A stretch of 64,000 nt of DNA. Origin: Octopus bimaculoides (taxonomy: Eukaryota). How positions within the stretch are numbered: position 1 is the stretch's first letter; the number at the start of each line of letters is the position of its first letter. Positions 11,999 through 24,622 of this stretch are shown in pieces. The translations under genes were made by a program, and so were the position numbers. Where the stretch lies: positions 145,644,778 through 145,708,777 of the forward strand of contig NC_068983.1 of the NCBI RefSeq assembly GCF_001194135.2. Reading direction: 5' to 3'. A model generated the notes under the pieces. The model was not told where the DNA came from. It made no database searches and saw only the letters and a list, made by a program, of their open reading frames with translations.

Positions 11999-12612
11999 CA
12001 AGCCAAGTGAGACCATAGCCGTGGCCTATGCCAGTGCAGCATAACCAACCTATTTAAGAGTACCCTTCAATCATTGGGCAATAAACTGTGCTTGCAAAGA
12101 CCTGTTGAAGTAAGTGAAGTCATTGTTGTGGCCAATTATAGTACCGCCTGATTGGCACCCGTCCCAGTGGCACATAAAAAAGCACCATTCGAGTGTGGTC
12201 GATGCCAGTCCCACCTGACTGGTCCCATGTGGGTGGCACATAAAATACACCATTCAAGTGTGATCATTGCCAGTGCCGCCTGACTGGCTCCCATGCCAGT
12301 GGCATGTAAAAAGCACCATTCAAGCATGGTCGATGCCAGTGCCGGCTGACTGGTCCTGTGCTGGTGGCACATAAAAAGCACCATTCAAGCATGGTCGTTG
12401 CCAGTGCTTCCTGACTGGCCGTCATGCCTGTGGCATGTAAAAACCACCTATTACACTCTTGGAGTGGTTGGCTTAAGGAAGGGCATCCAACTGTGGAGAC
12501 TTTGCCAGATCGGATTGGAGCCTGGTGCAGCCTTCTGGCTTGCCAGCCCTCAGTCAAACTGTCCAACCCATGTCAGCATGGAAAGCGGACGTTAAACAAT
12601 GATGATGATGAT
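11997..12612 (+). mobile_element. RTE LINE 3' UTR with an internal array of ~66-bp tandem units, inserted after an (AT)n tract (11955-11996)
   Basis: Unit starts (gtggca) at 12167, 12233, 12299, 12364 and 12430; conserved tail aggaagggcatcc...catggaaagcggacgttaaac(gat)n. Confidence 0.9.
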
Positions 12613-12616
12613 ATAG

Positions 12617-13005
12617 GTGCAGGCATAGCTGTATGGTAAGAAGTTTGCTTCTCAACCACATGGTTCTGTGTTCAGTTCCACTGAGTTGCACTTTCAGCAA
12701 GTGTCTTCTACTATAGCTTTGGGCTGACCAAAGCCTTGTGAGTGGATTTGATAGACGGGAATTGAAAGAAGCCCATCATCCTTTAACATCCGTTTTCCTT
12801 GCTGGCATGGGTTCGATGGTTCCCCCCTCCACACCTCACCTTGTTGCTTGACAACTGGTGCTGGTGTGTTTACATCCCCATAACTTAGCAGTCCAGCAAA
12901 AGAGACCGATAGAATAAATACTAGTCATTTGACTAAAAACTTCTCCAAGATGGGGCCCTAGCATGGCTGCAGTCTAATGACTGAAATAAGTGACACGATA
13001 AAAAG
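12617..13005 (+). mobile_element. SINE: head D + antisense RTE-tail stub (12775-12821) + tail X
   Basis: Head gcaggcatagctgtatggtaagaag...gaaagaagccc; tail ends cagtctaatgactgaaataag. Confidence 0.85.
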
Positions 13006-13671
13006 GAAAAGACATACATGGATACATGACCCCCCCCCCTCTTGAAAAAAAGGGGGGGTCATCTCATTTTAACAATAATCTCCATTGCCTTTAAAAATAT
13101 ACCATCACGATATGAGTGTGACTTGGAATAAAGATCTCAAAACTGCTCTGCTTTACCTTTAGTAGCTGAATCCATCAATTTTCTTTGATCATTATTTTAG
13201 TGATTTGCAGCACTCTCTCTCTCTCTCCCCCCTCTCTCTTTCTCTCTCTCTCTCTCTCCCTCTCTCTCTCTCAAATAGGCTTAAATAGTAATAAATAATT
13301 TTCATAATGTTGAGATTGCACATGGTTTTTTGTTTTCCAATTCTTCTTTATTAATAATCCATTATATACCTATTCATCACCATTTTTTTTTCTTTTACTC
13401 TCTTTCCTCTACTGTTCTCTGCTATTACTCTGGTTCTCTTCTAGCGCTCTTGCATTACTGTCTTCTGTCTGCTGGGGATGAGAAAACCCATTCCTGATTG
13501 TGAATGAATGAACAGATGGAAACAACACAGAATAGAAAGAAGTCTTCTGTCTTGCTAATGACAACATCTCTATCTTTTATGCCAGAATAAAATGCATCCA
13601 CTATATGATGGTTGATGAATGGGCATAGATAACATAGGTAAGAGGACTCTTTAGTCTTAATGAGGATATGG

Positions 13672-13890
13672 CAACCTTCATAGTGCTGGTGCCATAATAA
13701 AGTACACCCAGTACAATCTATAAAGCAGTTCGTGTTAGAACCATAAAACATCAAAATTGGGATATACAAACGAGACATGGTCTCTAGTTCTTTAAGAAGG
13801 CAGTAACTCTATAAAAACTGATTTGGCCCATGACAACTCAGCCAATCCATGCCAGCATGGAAAAGCAAATACAAAAATGATGATGATGAT
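13672..13890 (+). mobile_element. Diverged RTE 3' tail
   Basis: ggtgccataataaagtacaccc...ccatgccagcatggaaaagc...gatgatgat. Confidence 0.65.
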
Positions 13891-14352
13891 ATTGTAAAAT
13901 TTATTAATAGATGTAGTATGTAATGGAAACTAAATTTTGGATTATTTTCGATAGGAAAGAAATAGTTATTGTTCTCATTAGTGCTGTTTTTGTCTTCAAT
14001 ATTATGATTGTCTTATTCCTCCAAGATTCAATTTTTTCTTTCTTTTTTAATATCCTCAACAGAAATCAATCATTGCTGTTTTAATCATTCTAACTAGCAC
14101 ACTGTTCTCAGCAGTCACTTACTTTCATTATAGAGGGTACATCTCTCACAGGATGACCTACAAATCCCCGATTATCTCTATTGTATTGAGTAATTTAGAT
14201 TTTATAGATGGAAGATCAAAGCATACTCGATATGGCAAATATCTCCATGTAGAATTGCAGCTGTTTGTATATTGGAAACCTCTGTCTTTTGGGACAGACA
14301 CCACTTATGATGTAACTTTATAAGTATTTGTTTTGCTTTAGCTCATTCAGAG

Positions 14353-14804
14353 CAGAGGCTCTCAACGTGGGCAGTACCATGCACAAGGGGGCGCTGGGCA
14401 TGTTGAAGGAGGCAGCAGGTTTTAGGGAGTGGTGAGGTGGGAAGGCCATGAGGTAACATTATTAACATACTAAATTTTACCTGTAGTAATAATTATATTA
14501 TGATAAAGCTAGTAATGGTTGTTGAAATAAAATGAGATCTCATCAGGCACAGGAAAAACATTATTTTGCAATGTATAATGTAAATTTACAACTTTTGTCT
14601 TTATTAATATTTTTTTATCATTTCACTGTTAAAAGCTTATACAATCCATTTTTAGAGTATGATTTATAAATCATCGTCTATGTTAAGTTAGTTTAGTTGT
14701 GATATCTTATTCCCCACTTAGGCTGGGTGCTAGGCATAACAACTACTTAAAAAGGGGGATGGCTGCAGTAAAAAGAAAAAAGAAAAACAAGTTAAGAACC
14801 ACTG
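14353..14804. mobile_element. hAT (Charlie-like) MITE
   Basis: TIRs CAGAGGCTCTCAAC / GTTAAGAACCACTG; flanks attcagag / atctagag (6 of 8 match, close to the nTCTAGAn Charlie target). Confidence 0.75.
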
Positions 14805-15295
14805 ATCTAGAGAAATAGTTACAATACACAACAAAAGCAAGATATTTACTAATCTCATATGTTTACAGAGTGAGGGGTGACAGTTATTACAGTGGCTGCC
14901 TGAGTCACTGCAGTTAACAAGAGTACATAATGCAGTGTATTTTCTTACCTGGTTCCAGACTTAATGAAATGTGGAATGCCCCTGAGTGAATCTCATAATC
15001 CATTGGATTATTTTGGCACCAGTTGTATCTTAAGAATGGCAGCTTGACAGAACCTGTTTCTCTATAAAAATATTTCGTTGGAGAATTTGAATTGAGCTGC
15101 TGCTGGTTATTTCCACTGGTGAGTTGTATAAACTCATGGTACCTATTTGCATTTAAGTTGATTGAACTAGTGAGTGTTAAATGTTATTGGCCTTAGACAA
15201 AAACAATAGTAGTGATATGGTGATGAATTGTTGATCATTTGAACAGTGAGGCAGATGAAATGATGTTAAAATAACCATTTTATTTACCTAGTTTT

Positions 15296-15648
15296 GGCAT
15301 GCCAGCATGGGCTCAGCAGGTCTCCTTGAGTACAGCATTTTGACAAGACTTGTCATCTCCTTCATGAGTTCAGCATCCTGGGATCAGCTTTTACCACTTG
15401 ACTCACAACTTCCTCAGGTTTCCTCCCCATGGATCACTTGACTCTTCTTCATCCAACTTCATATACATCACATGTCTGTACCAGTGCAGTCTTCTCTCTC
15501 ACTCTAGCAGATCCCTTTAATGCACATTTTTCTCCTTGCTCACCTACACTCTAGCATTCTTTCACTGCCACATCTTACCAACATGCAATATTGCATTTTC
15601 TATGCAAATGTTATACAAATAGCCCTTCACTTGAAGAGAGAAGCCTAA
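15296..15648 (-). mobile_element. Decayed RTE LINE C-terminal fragment
   Basis: ccagtgcagtcttctctct and cccttcac..gagagaagcc blocks are homologous to 53040-53545. Confidence 0.6.
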
Positions 15649-16544
15649 AGAATATATTTTTCTGTTTGTTGACAGAAATCTTTTGAATAAACCAGTGGGA
15701 ATCTTATTGATTTATTCATTCTAAAAGGCCACAGATTATTAAATCATAGTCTCTCTCTATTCTGAAAGAGTATTTTGCACTAAAAAGAATAGATTTTCTC
15801 TTGTCTAAAAGATGAAATTTATAGATTGTATATTGTGAAAGATTTAACTGTTATATTTCCATTTTAAAGGAGCGGAAATAGTTAGATTCAGAAAATTTCT
15901 GAAAAAATAATTGGGCAGAACATTTTTTAAAAAAGTTATTGTTTTTAAAAATATATTTATTATGATTTAAAATTGTCATTAGATTTCTAATGGAATGAAA
16001 AATGTTTAAAAATTCAATTAATTTTTTCCCATATTACAGTCACTACGTGTGTGTGCACGTGTGTGTGTGTGTGTGCACATGTGTGTGTGTGTGTGTGCAC
16101 GTGTGCGCGTGCACACAAAGTTAATGAGCAAATTCTGTGCCTTCCATAATGTATCTAAGATGAGTTGAATGTCTGGAATGCAAATAAACAGTTGTATGCT
16201 TAATTCTTTTGTAAAAGTGGTGCTGGCTCCATAGTGCAAAGTCTCACATCTTTTCTTTAATAGAAAGAGATGTTTGGCTAATTTCTGTCAAAGAGCTTAC
16301 TAGCATTCTTTATTTTCTGTTTTATGTCTGTTTTCCCTGTCTAGCTTGGGTAAGGTGAATACTTATTATTGAAGCATTATTTTACAGCCAGAGTCTCCTC
16401 ATATCACTAATCATACCTCTTTGTTTATGAAAACATAGAGCTACTGGACAATTTGTTGGCATGGATATCAACATAACATCACTACTTTTGCTCAAAACAT
16501 TTTATGTGGGGACATGTGCACGCACATAAACATCCATATAAAAC

Positions 16545-16585
<41 letters not shown>

Positions 16586-16593
16586 TTATATAT

Positions 16594-16934
16594 AGGCGCA
16601 GGCATAGCTGTGTGGTAAGAATCTTGCTTCCCAACCACATGGTTCTGGGTTCAATCCCACTGCATGGCAGCTTGGGCAAGCGACTTCTACTATAGCCTTG
16701 GGCTGAGCAAAGCCTTGTGAGTGAATTTAGTTGACGGAAACTGAAAGAAGCTCCCCCTACCATTGTTGACAACCAATGTTGTTGTGTTTACCTCCCTGTA
16801 AGCTAGTGGTTCAGCAAAAAGAGAACAATAGAGTAAGTGCTAAGCTTACAAAAAATAAGTCCTGGGGTTAATTTTTTTGACTAAAAGCTATGCTCCAGCA
16901 TGGCCATATTCAGATGACTGAAACAAGTGAAAGT

Positions 16935-16935
<1 letters not shown>
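16594..16935 (+). mobile_element. SINE: head D + tail X with no central microsatellite, followed by (CA)n to 17013
   Basis: Well-preserved head (ggttctgggttcaatcccactgc..cttgggcaag) joined directly to tail X. Confidence 0.85.
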
Positions 16936-17016
<81 letters not shown>

Positions 17017-18654
17017 TCTGTCAACTAATTCCACTCACAAAGCATTAGTTACTGAAATCACTACAGTAGATGACATTTGCCTGATGGGGTCACACAGTGA
17101 ACTAGAGCTCAAAACCATGTGGTTATGAAGTGTATGGCATATCCATGCACCTGTGCCTGTACTTTCTTACTTTTGAAATATCTTCATTCCTAAATCTAAG
17201 CCATTGCATATTGTGTTGTATGTGTGAGCATGCACACACGTGCACACTTAAACTATTTTAAATATATATAAGCATCTGTCTGCTATGTAGAGAAGTAAGA
17301 AATAGAACAGAACCATAACTAGTGTTATTCAACATCCATGCAGTTGCAAGGTGATTCCAAATAGATTTTCTCTTCACTGGAAAAGGAAATTGCACATTAC
17401 AATCACCATATTTGCAAAGATAATATGTATAGGGATTTTAATTCTTGTGAAAGCTTGTTGAACGAAGAAGTTTAATATGGCAGTGCAATAATCATAAATG
17501 GTAATGAAATCCAAAGACCACCTGAAGTCCAGTAATTCAACAATACTACATCTAGAGCATTTAACATGGGAATGTCTGCTATATAGACAATTTATTACTG
17601 AAAGTGAGTGAAATGAATTATTGGATACAAAACCATACTGCATAGTTTATTAATTCATACACAAACACACACAGACACATGTAAAAATTTTATTGGTTGA
17701 AGAAAGGGAAGAAAGAGCTTACCCATGTTCCTGCAGCATTAAATTTTCATTTTATAAAGTTTATGAACTGTTATTTGCTGATGTAGACCATCACTAGTTT
17801 CTTTGGATTCTAGTTTATATTATTTACTCCCCGCCTCTCTCTTTCTCTCCAAACTGTCCAACCCATAGCAGCGTAAAAAACAGACATTAAATGATAGTGG
17901 TATGTATAGTTCAATTGAAGCTGACTTCTTTCGAATTTTGTTCTCAGATTATAATTACAGGTGTAGAGTTTTATATTCTTTTATGTAAAACTTGGCACAG
18001 CAATTGTTTCAATTGACAATGCCGTATCAAGTGCCTGAATAAGAACTGCTTGTGTCCAGTTTTAAAGAAACTTAGCCACACACACATAATGTATATATGT
18101 ATGTTTGCATGGTCAGAGTGATTCTTTTGGCCTTTTAGAGATTTTTGCATGTGTTTATCAAAGTGCACATAATCAAGAAACTCAGAATCATGGTAGATTG
18201 AATAATCAAGCTTTGAGTCAAAATGTTTGTTGGTAAGTCATTGCTCTTCACTAAAAAAATTTGTGCATTATCTTTATCTAACTTATATAATGAGCTGTGG
18301 TATGCATTAACATGCAACTGCATGCATGTACACACATAAATGCACACTCGCACATGTGCATACACACACAAAATAGTGCAGCAAATGATTGAGTAGAATA
18401 GGTTGGTCATGTCACTGCTAAGTCCACATGAATATGATTATTTTAAACAAACATACGTTAATGATATTGTGTGAAGACAAACCTGACTTCCACCTGTGCA
18501 AAACATATTTACACAGCTGGCTGTAATCCTAATGCCCATCAGATGCTGCATGCATTGTTAGTCAATCAAGGATGGCAATTTGAAAGAACTGATAAATTTG
18601 TTTGTTAGGGGCATAGGTTGTGGGACTTTGTTAGACTGTATTAGCAGTGGTTGT

Positions 18655-19190
18655 GATTCATTTCGTGTCTGCTTTTCATGCTGACATGAGTCAAACAATT
18701 TGACCAGAGCTGGTAAGCCGGAGAGCTGCACCAGGTTCCAGTCTGATTTAGCGGGATTTCTATGGCTGGATGCCCTTCCTAATGTTTTTTACTATGTACT
18801 ATGACATAAAAAAACATTTGTCATGCTTCTGTGAACAGGTCATCGACATAATTTATTGATTCAGTGCAGATATGTCAATAACTGTCTGGGCTATAGAGGT
18901 TCTTAAATCGCTAAAATGATTCCTCCATGATGTAATTGTTTTATACACACATGCGTGCGCACACACTCACACACACTCAATTGTAGCTGTGTATATTTTA
19001 GAAACAGAAAAAGCTGTGTTGCCAGTGCTAATGTTTAAGCCATCATCATCGTTTAGCATCAGTTTTCTATGCTGGCATGGGTTGGATGGCTTGACAGGAG
19101 CTGGTCAGACTCCAATTATCTGTTGTGGCATGGTTTTTATAACCAGATGCCTTTCCTAATGCCAATCACTTTACTGAATGTGCTGGTAAA
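18655..19190 (-). mobile_element. Two RTE 3' tail fragments (about 18655-18790 and 19043-19190)
   Basis: ggatgcccttcctaatg and tgctggcatgggttggatgg motifs. Confidence 0.7.
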
Positions 19191-19789
19191 GTTTTAGATT
19201 CAGTCTTCATGCCAGGAAGTTTCGCAAGTGTCATCTGTCACAACTTCAGGTTGACCAAGCTCTATGTGTGAAATCATATTGTCGAACAATGAAATAGGTA
19301 CAGAGACAATGAGAGTTTGTAGAGACTGGATATGAAGAATGTTTGAAGTGTCTGTTTTGATCATAGAGGGGAATAGGTGAGGATGGTGTTGCAGAGAGTT
19401 CTGAATGGCCAAAAGCAAAGGCTTGGCTTCAGCACCAGCAGTAATGATGTAGAAATTGCACTAGAGCCAAGATGACTTTTTTTAGAATGGCAGATCTCAA
19501 AGTAGATAATGCTACAGATAATAGCATGTAAAAATTGGGTTGAAAACATCCCATTGGATAGAAAAAGTCAATGGTTGAATGCCTGTCATATTTACAGTAG
19601 ATGCATGTTCATGTCCCATGGGCATCCCTTGATGTTGGCTTTGTAAGTAGTTTCCTGTGGAGAACGCTTCCTCATGTGCTGCCCACTTTATATCCAATTT
19701 TACTATGTATGCATTTGGCAAAACTTCACCAAACCATTTCTGTGCCACCAGTCTCATTATTGCATATACCAAGTGCAGAAACATCAGGT

Positions 19790-20385
19790 GTCACTTTAAA
19801 TCAATGAGGCCACCAGCCTTGATGGTATCCTTTCCCTTACTGTCAAACTGTATGATCTTGAGTTAATCTCTGACTGTGCCAAAGTCTTCAGTCTTTCTTA
19901 TGGAACATCATTCCCAATTTTTGGAAATATACTACTGTGTGTTTCCCCTAGAAGAGTATTCCCTCTGGCCCTACCAACTTACTGATTTCACTTCCATTGC
20001 CTCAAGCTTAAAAGAAGTAGTTACCCCTCCCTCTCTTTATTGATCACCACTATGACTACTACTGTTAAGCATTATCTTTTGGTGTTGCTTTCCTCTGTCA
20101 TCTACTTGTAGTCCTATAATCCTGAAGAATTTGACAAAAGCCATGATTTTTGCACTTGATATCAATAAAGTATTTGACTGTTTAGCATGAAAATCTCCTA
20201 GATGAGCTGCTCACTTATGGGCTTTTATCTGTTTCTTATCATGGTAGATAGCACTATTGCAGTGTGCTCCAACTCCCCCCACCACTCTCTGACTTCACTA
20301 TTAACTGTTGTTCCCTAAGGTTTAGTTATATCTCCCACACTCATCCTCTTGTACATTAACAACTTGTTTGCTGTCACACTGCTCA
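19790..20385 (+). mobile_element. Highly decayed CR1/L2/Jockey-group LINE RT fragment
   Basis: Remnants in the expected order: KATSLDGIL (KAPGPDGIP-like), ALDINKVFD (ALDISKAFD-like), VP*GLVISPTLILLYINNL (VPQGSVISPTLFLLYINDL-like). Confidence 0.65.
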
Positions 20386-20587
20386 CTCCTATAGGGATTA
20401 TATCACTCCTCACTCTCCTTTAGTGTTCTACACATAAGGCATAATCTCCATCACATACAACCTAGACACCATACAGCTTCTATGAATAGATATCTCTTAA
20501 ATATTTTTCAGCAGCTCAAAGACATATACAGAGCTTACTAAAACTGTTTCACATCATCAGATCCAGTAGAAAAGCCTAAAAGGGGAA

Positions 20588-20713
20588 ATCTTATGTTTCA
20601 ATTTTTTTTTATAAGATAATTTGCTTATCTGGAAATAAGAAACTTAACATAATCATGATAAAAAATTGTAGAAATTCAAAAATTATCTTATAAAAAAAAT
20701 TGAAACATAAGAT
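20588..20713. repeat. Inverted repeat with 35/34-bp arms (20588-20622 / 20680-20713) and a 57-bp spacer
   Basis: Arms are exact reverse complements except for one base in the T9/A8 run. Confidence 0.9.
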
Positions 20714-22086
20714 ATCTGCCTCATTTGCTTTGCTAATAAAACCTTTAAGTATTCTTATCCCTGTCTACTGGAAAGGCTTCCTGTTTATATAAAAAATTCA
20801 TTGTTGTCATTAAATCTGTCAGATATAATTTTGACCCAATGCAGTTCCCTTGAGGAAGAGATACTTTAGATTACGTTCAATAAAGTTGTGGTCATATTTT
20901 CAAATATTAGTTACTCACTTTAATTGTTATGTCAGTGCAGATGTAGAGTTGAATTTAATCAATAACATTGAATGAAAGCTTCTGGAGAGCATTGAACATT
21001 CTGGTGTACTTCTGCTGACCTATTCAGTTACATCTTGAAGTAGCAGGCAGTTATACTGTCATTAAGCAGCAATGTATAGATTTGATTATGAAGTATTTAG
21101 GTGCAAATATGATTCTTGATGTATGTATTCAGATGTTCTCTAGTACATGCTTTTTTTTTTCATTAATTCCTTACTCTACTGACAAATAAGCAGTTGTGAA
21201 TCACAGTAGATTACTGGTGTATCTATGTAGTCTCTAAATAATTTTCTGCATTGATTTTTCAATATATAAAGTTGCAGTAGCACTGATTTTAAAACAAAAT
21301 GATTATTACTAAAGAATATAGAAATAGTTAAAATGTGTTTATGTTGCTCATAGATTTCCTTGACAAATATTGTTTTGTGTGTTATTAAATTACTCATAAC
21401 AATATTATATTTTATGTTCTATAAAATACAAATCATGTTCCGTAAAATTAATTAACCTTTATTTAAAACATCACAGTTCCAAAGGTGTAACTGAGGTTGA
21501 TAATTAAACTGACTTCATTTCACAAAAAACTGAAATGCTCCATGCTTCAAAGGTAAACTGCACCACAGTTTTATTTTCTTCACATATCTTTATCTGGAAA
21601 ACGCATGGATATCACATCATTTCATTTGCTCTCCATTAAAAGCATAAGGTTCTCAAATCTAGTCAAAAGGAAAATTTAAAATCTAGTGTTAGAATTGGCA
21701 GAGATCCAACCAGTTATAATTATGTAATGACTTTCTGTGGCAGCAACTGTCTTTCATTTTCAACCCGTCTAATTAAATAACAAAAAAAAAAAAAAAAAAA
21801 AAAAAAGAAAAAGACACCTTCACTACATGTATCTCTCCAGCAACCACATTTTCATTCGTGTTTTTATTTTTTTTCATTTTGTCATGGATAAACCTGTAAA
21901 TATGGATTCTCATGGGGGATTATCTCATACAGTAATCAAGATTAATATCGCAGATGCTGATCTTCCTTGTTAGGAACAGAATTTGCTTCAACCCTTTAAA
22001 TAGCTGCTTGTGCTTTTTTTATGTACAAATATACTTTATATCAAAGTAAAAACTTACTGTATACATAACATTTTGGTCTATACCTA

Positions 22087-22119
<33 letters not shown>

Positions 22120-22511
22120 CACTGTTCTTTATTTGTGGGAAAACTTTCCATCACCTTCATGATGAACTCTGCATTTCTGAGCTTAACCCTATGGAATCTC
22201 TTCATATTGAAGTCTTTTCTTCTACTTACCATTCTACTAGTGTGTTCTCAGACACTGTCAAAAGACTGCCCAATTCTTCTCCGGAAGTGTATATATTCCT
22301 AAAACTCCCTTCCTATTCATATTTTTGCTCCATCAACTAACTTGTAACAATTCAGGTTGAGTACTATCGGCATTAATCTAACTCGGTTATTATTTGTCAT
22401 CACCTCCTTGCTAACTAACAGATACTGTATGTAGGTGTGTGTCTTTTTTCATTATACTGATTTCTATCATAGCCACAAGGCCATAGATCTGAGATGTTAG
22501 TAGTTGATTAA

Positions 22512-22733
22512 CTCGTTTTTGATACCAACTTACATGAAACCACTCCTGCTGGGTCTATGATATAAGCTTCATGTTTTCAAGTGATCTAAATTAAAACCTT
22601 CCATCAAACTTTAATGTTAATTCATAATTTAAACATCCGCTTAATATTGATGAAATTATCTTATTAAATTCTTTTAATTATTTTTTAATTAATTAAAGCA
22701 AAGTATTTCAATAAAAATAGTGTAACGAAAGGG
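22512..22733. mobile_element. TTAA-flanked MITE, second piggyBac-type family (222 bp)
   Basis: TTAA at 22508-22511 and 22734-22737; right end gtaacgaaaggg, degenerate left end ctcgtttttgatacc. Confidence 0.65.
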
Positions 22734-23724
22734 TTAAGACAACCCAGTACTTGTGTTCTTGAGACTGAGACTTATTTTATTGATTTCCAGAGGGATGACT
22801 GGCTAAGTTGAGATTAGTGGGGTTTGGATCTTTGAATGTACACTATCTGATTACTTCAGATTAGGGCAGAAGTAAATGATCTGTAGTGGGGTAGGGTTTT
22901 TCTGTTTGTTTTTCATAAAATTTAACAATCTATGCAACACTCCAATCTAGTGAAGGATCTCTCTCTCTCTCTCTCTCTCTCCCTCCCTCCCCATGGAATT
23001 CATCTCATAGAAATCAGCCTTCCTTGCTTTGTGTTTAGTTATTTGACTTTTAAATGTTTAATTTCCTGCCTATTTATTCTAATCCTGTTTGATTGTTTAG
23101 CTTGGTTTACTAAGTGAAGGTGTTAGAAAATGTTATCTATTTTATTAATTTAATCCATTTCAATAATAAAAAGAAAGAAGTGAAATTTATAATTTTGCAG
23201 ATAAAGGAGAGAAGCGCAATTTTTGATAAGATATTCAAATTATTACAATGATGTCTGGTCTGAAGAGATTTCATCTTGATGAGTGTCATGATAAATTGAA
23301 GATATTGGTATATTCTCAATTTTTGTTTGCTTTGTTATTTTGGCTCTTGTCGTTTCAAAGCAAAGAATTGTATTTGGTGACTTGCAGAATTAGTGAAGCA
23401 ATAGTCAGAACATTTTGTGGTATTTAGTTATATCTCTTCATGATTGAAGTTCAAACTCTTCCTAAGTTGACTTCACTTTTTAACCTTCTGAATTAATAAG
23501 TTATTGGTCAAGTACTGGGATTGATAAGAAGACTGTATTCTTAAGGGCCCAGTGTGGCTATAGTCAAATGAGTGAGACTAATGAAAGAAAGTCACTTGAT
23601 GTGATACATTTGAATATATGATAAGTATAAAGGTATTATTAGTTCTGTGTATTCTCTGAAACAGCTCTCTGCAGTAAGAGCTTGTAGGATTCCTGAGACA
23701 CTTGTGAAAGGAAAATAAATGTTT

Positions 23725-24266
23725 GTTGGGCCTCACAAGTGACTGAGACCTTTGCCATGGTTGAGAAGACCCTTCAAGCCAAGACCGCTGCCAGTGTCCT
23801 GTAACTGGCACTTGTGCTGGTGGTACAGAAAAAGCATCCTTTGAATGTTGAGCAATATGCTGTGCTAGAGAAGACCCATCAAGCCGAGTGAAATCGTAGT
23901 TGTGGGCGATGCCAGTGTCATGTCCCTGGCACCCATGGTGGCAACACATAACAAGCGCCCATCAAACTTTGGGCCTCATGGAGGCAGTAACAAGTGACTG
24001 AGACTTTTGGCAATACACCGCACTTGAGAAGACTTGTCAAGCCAAGTGAGATCGCAGTCATGGCCGATGCTGGTGTTTCGTAACTGGCACCCATGTCAGT
24101 TGCATGTAAAAAGCACCCACTACACTCTTGGCGTGGTTGGTTTTAGGAAGGGCATCCAGCTGTAAAATCTTTTTGGAATCTGGTGCAGCTTCCCAGCTTA
24201 CTAGTTTTCAGTCAAATCATTCAACCCATGCCAGCATGGAAAATAGACATTAAATGATGATGATAT
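23725..24266 (+). mobile_element. RTE 3' end with a triplicated ORF-end/UTR-start block
   Basis: gagaagac..tcaagcc(a/g)ag occurs three times (near 23763, 23870, 24027), each followed by a gccagtgt..ctggcac-type hairpin and an aaaagca(c/t)cc-like anchor; standard tail follows. Confidence 0.85.
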
Positions 24267-24622
24267 TGAGTAAAACTACCCAGAGCTAAAGGAAAGGAAT
24301 TTATATGTTTGGAACTGTTGTTACATAACATAGTGGCAGGGATTTTTCAGTATGAGCCACACTTTATAGTGGGACTGAAGTCCTAAAAATGCTGCAGAAC
24401 ATTTGCTCTAGAGCCAAACTCATATCATCCAAAGCAGGAGCAAAACACAAGCACATATATTCATGGATACGCATACAAGCATTCTCAAAGATATGGACAC
24501 ATACACTCACACACCCTCCTACACACATAATCCCCTTCTCTCTCATTTTACCTTACATTTTAGAGAATCAAATGTAGAATCTTTTTTAGACATCCTTAGG
24601 AAAATCAAAACTGTTTCATTAA

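Noticed and set aside
12290-12440. Compensatory base changes in the cassette's second hairpin (CATGCC/GGCATG versus TGTGC/GCACA)
   Set aside because: Explained by CpG deamination of ancestral CGTGCC/GGCACG; other copies (e.g. near 45295) are non-compensatory, so this is not evidence of selection.
12167-12450. CRISPR-like repeat-spacer array
   Set aside because: Spacers are homologous to each other, the array sits inside a LINE 3' UTR in animal DNA, and there are no cas genes.
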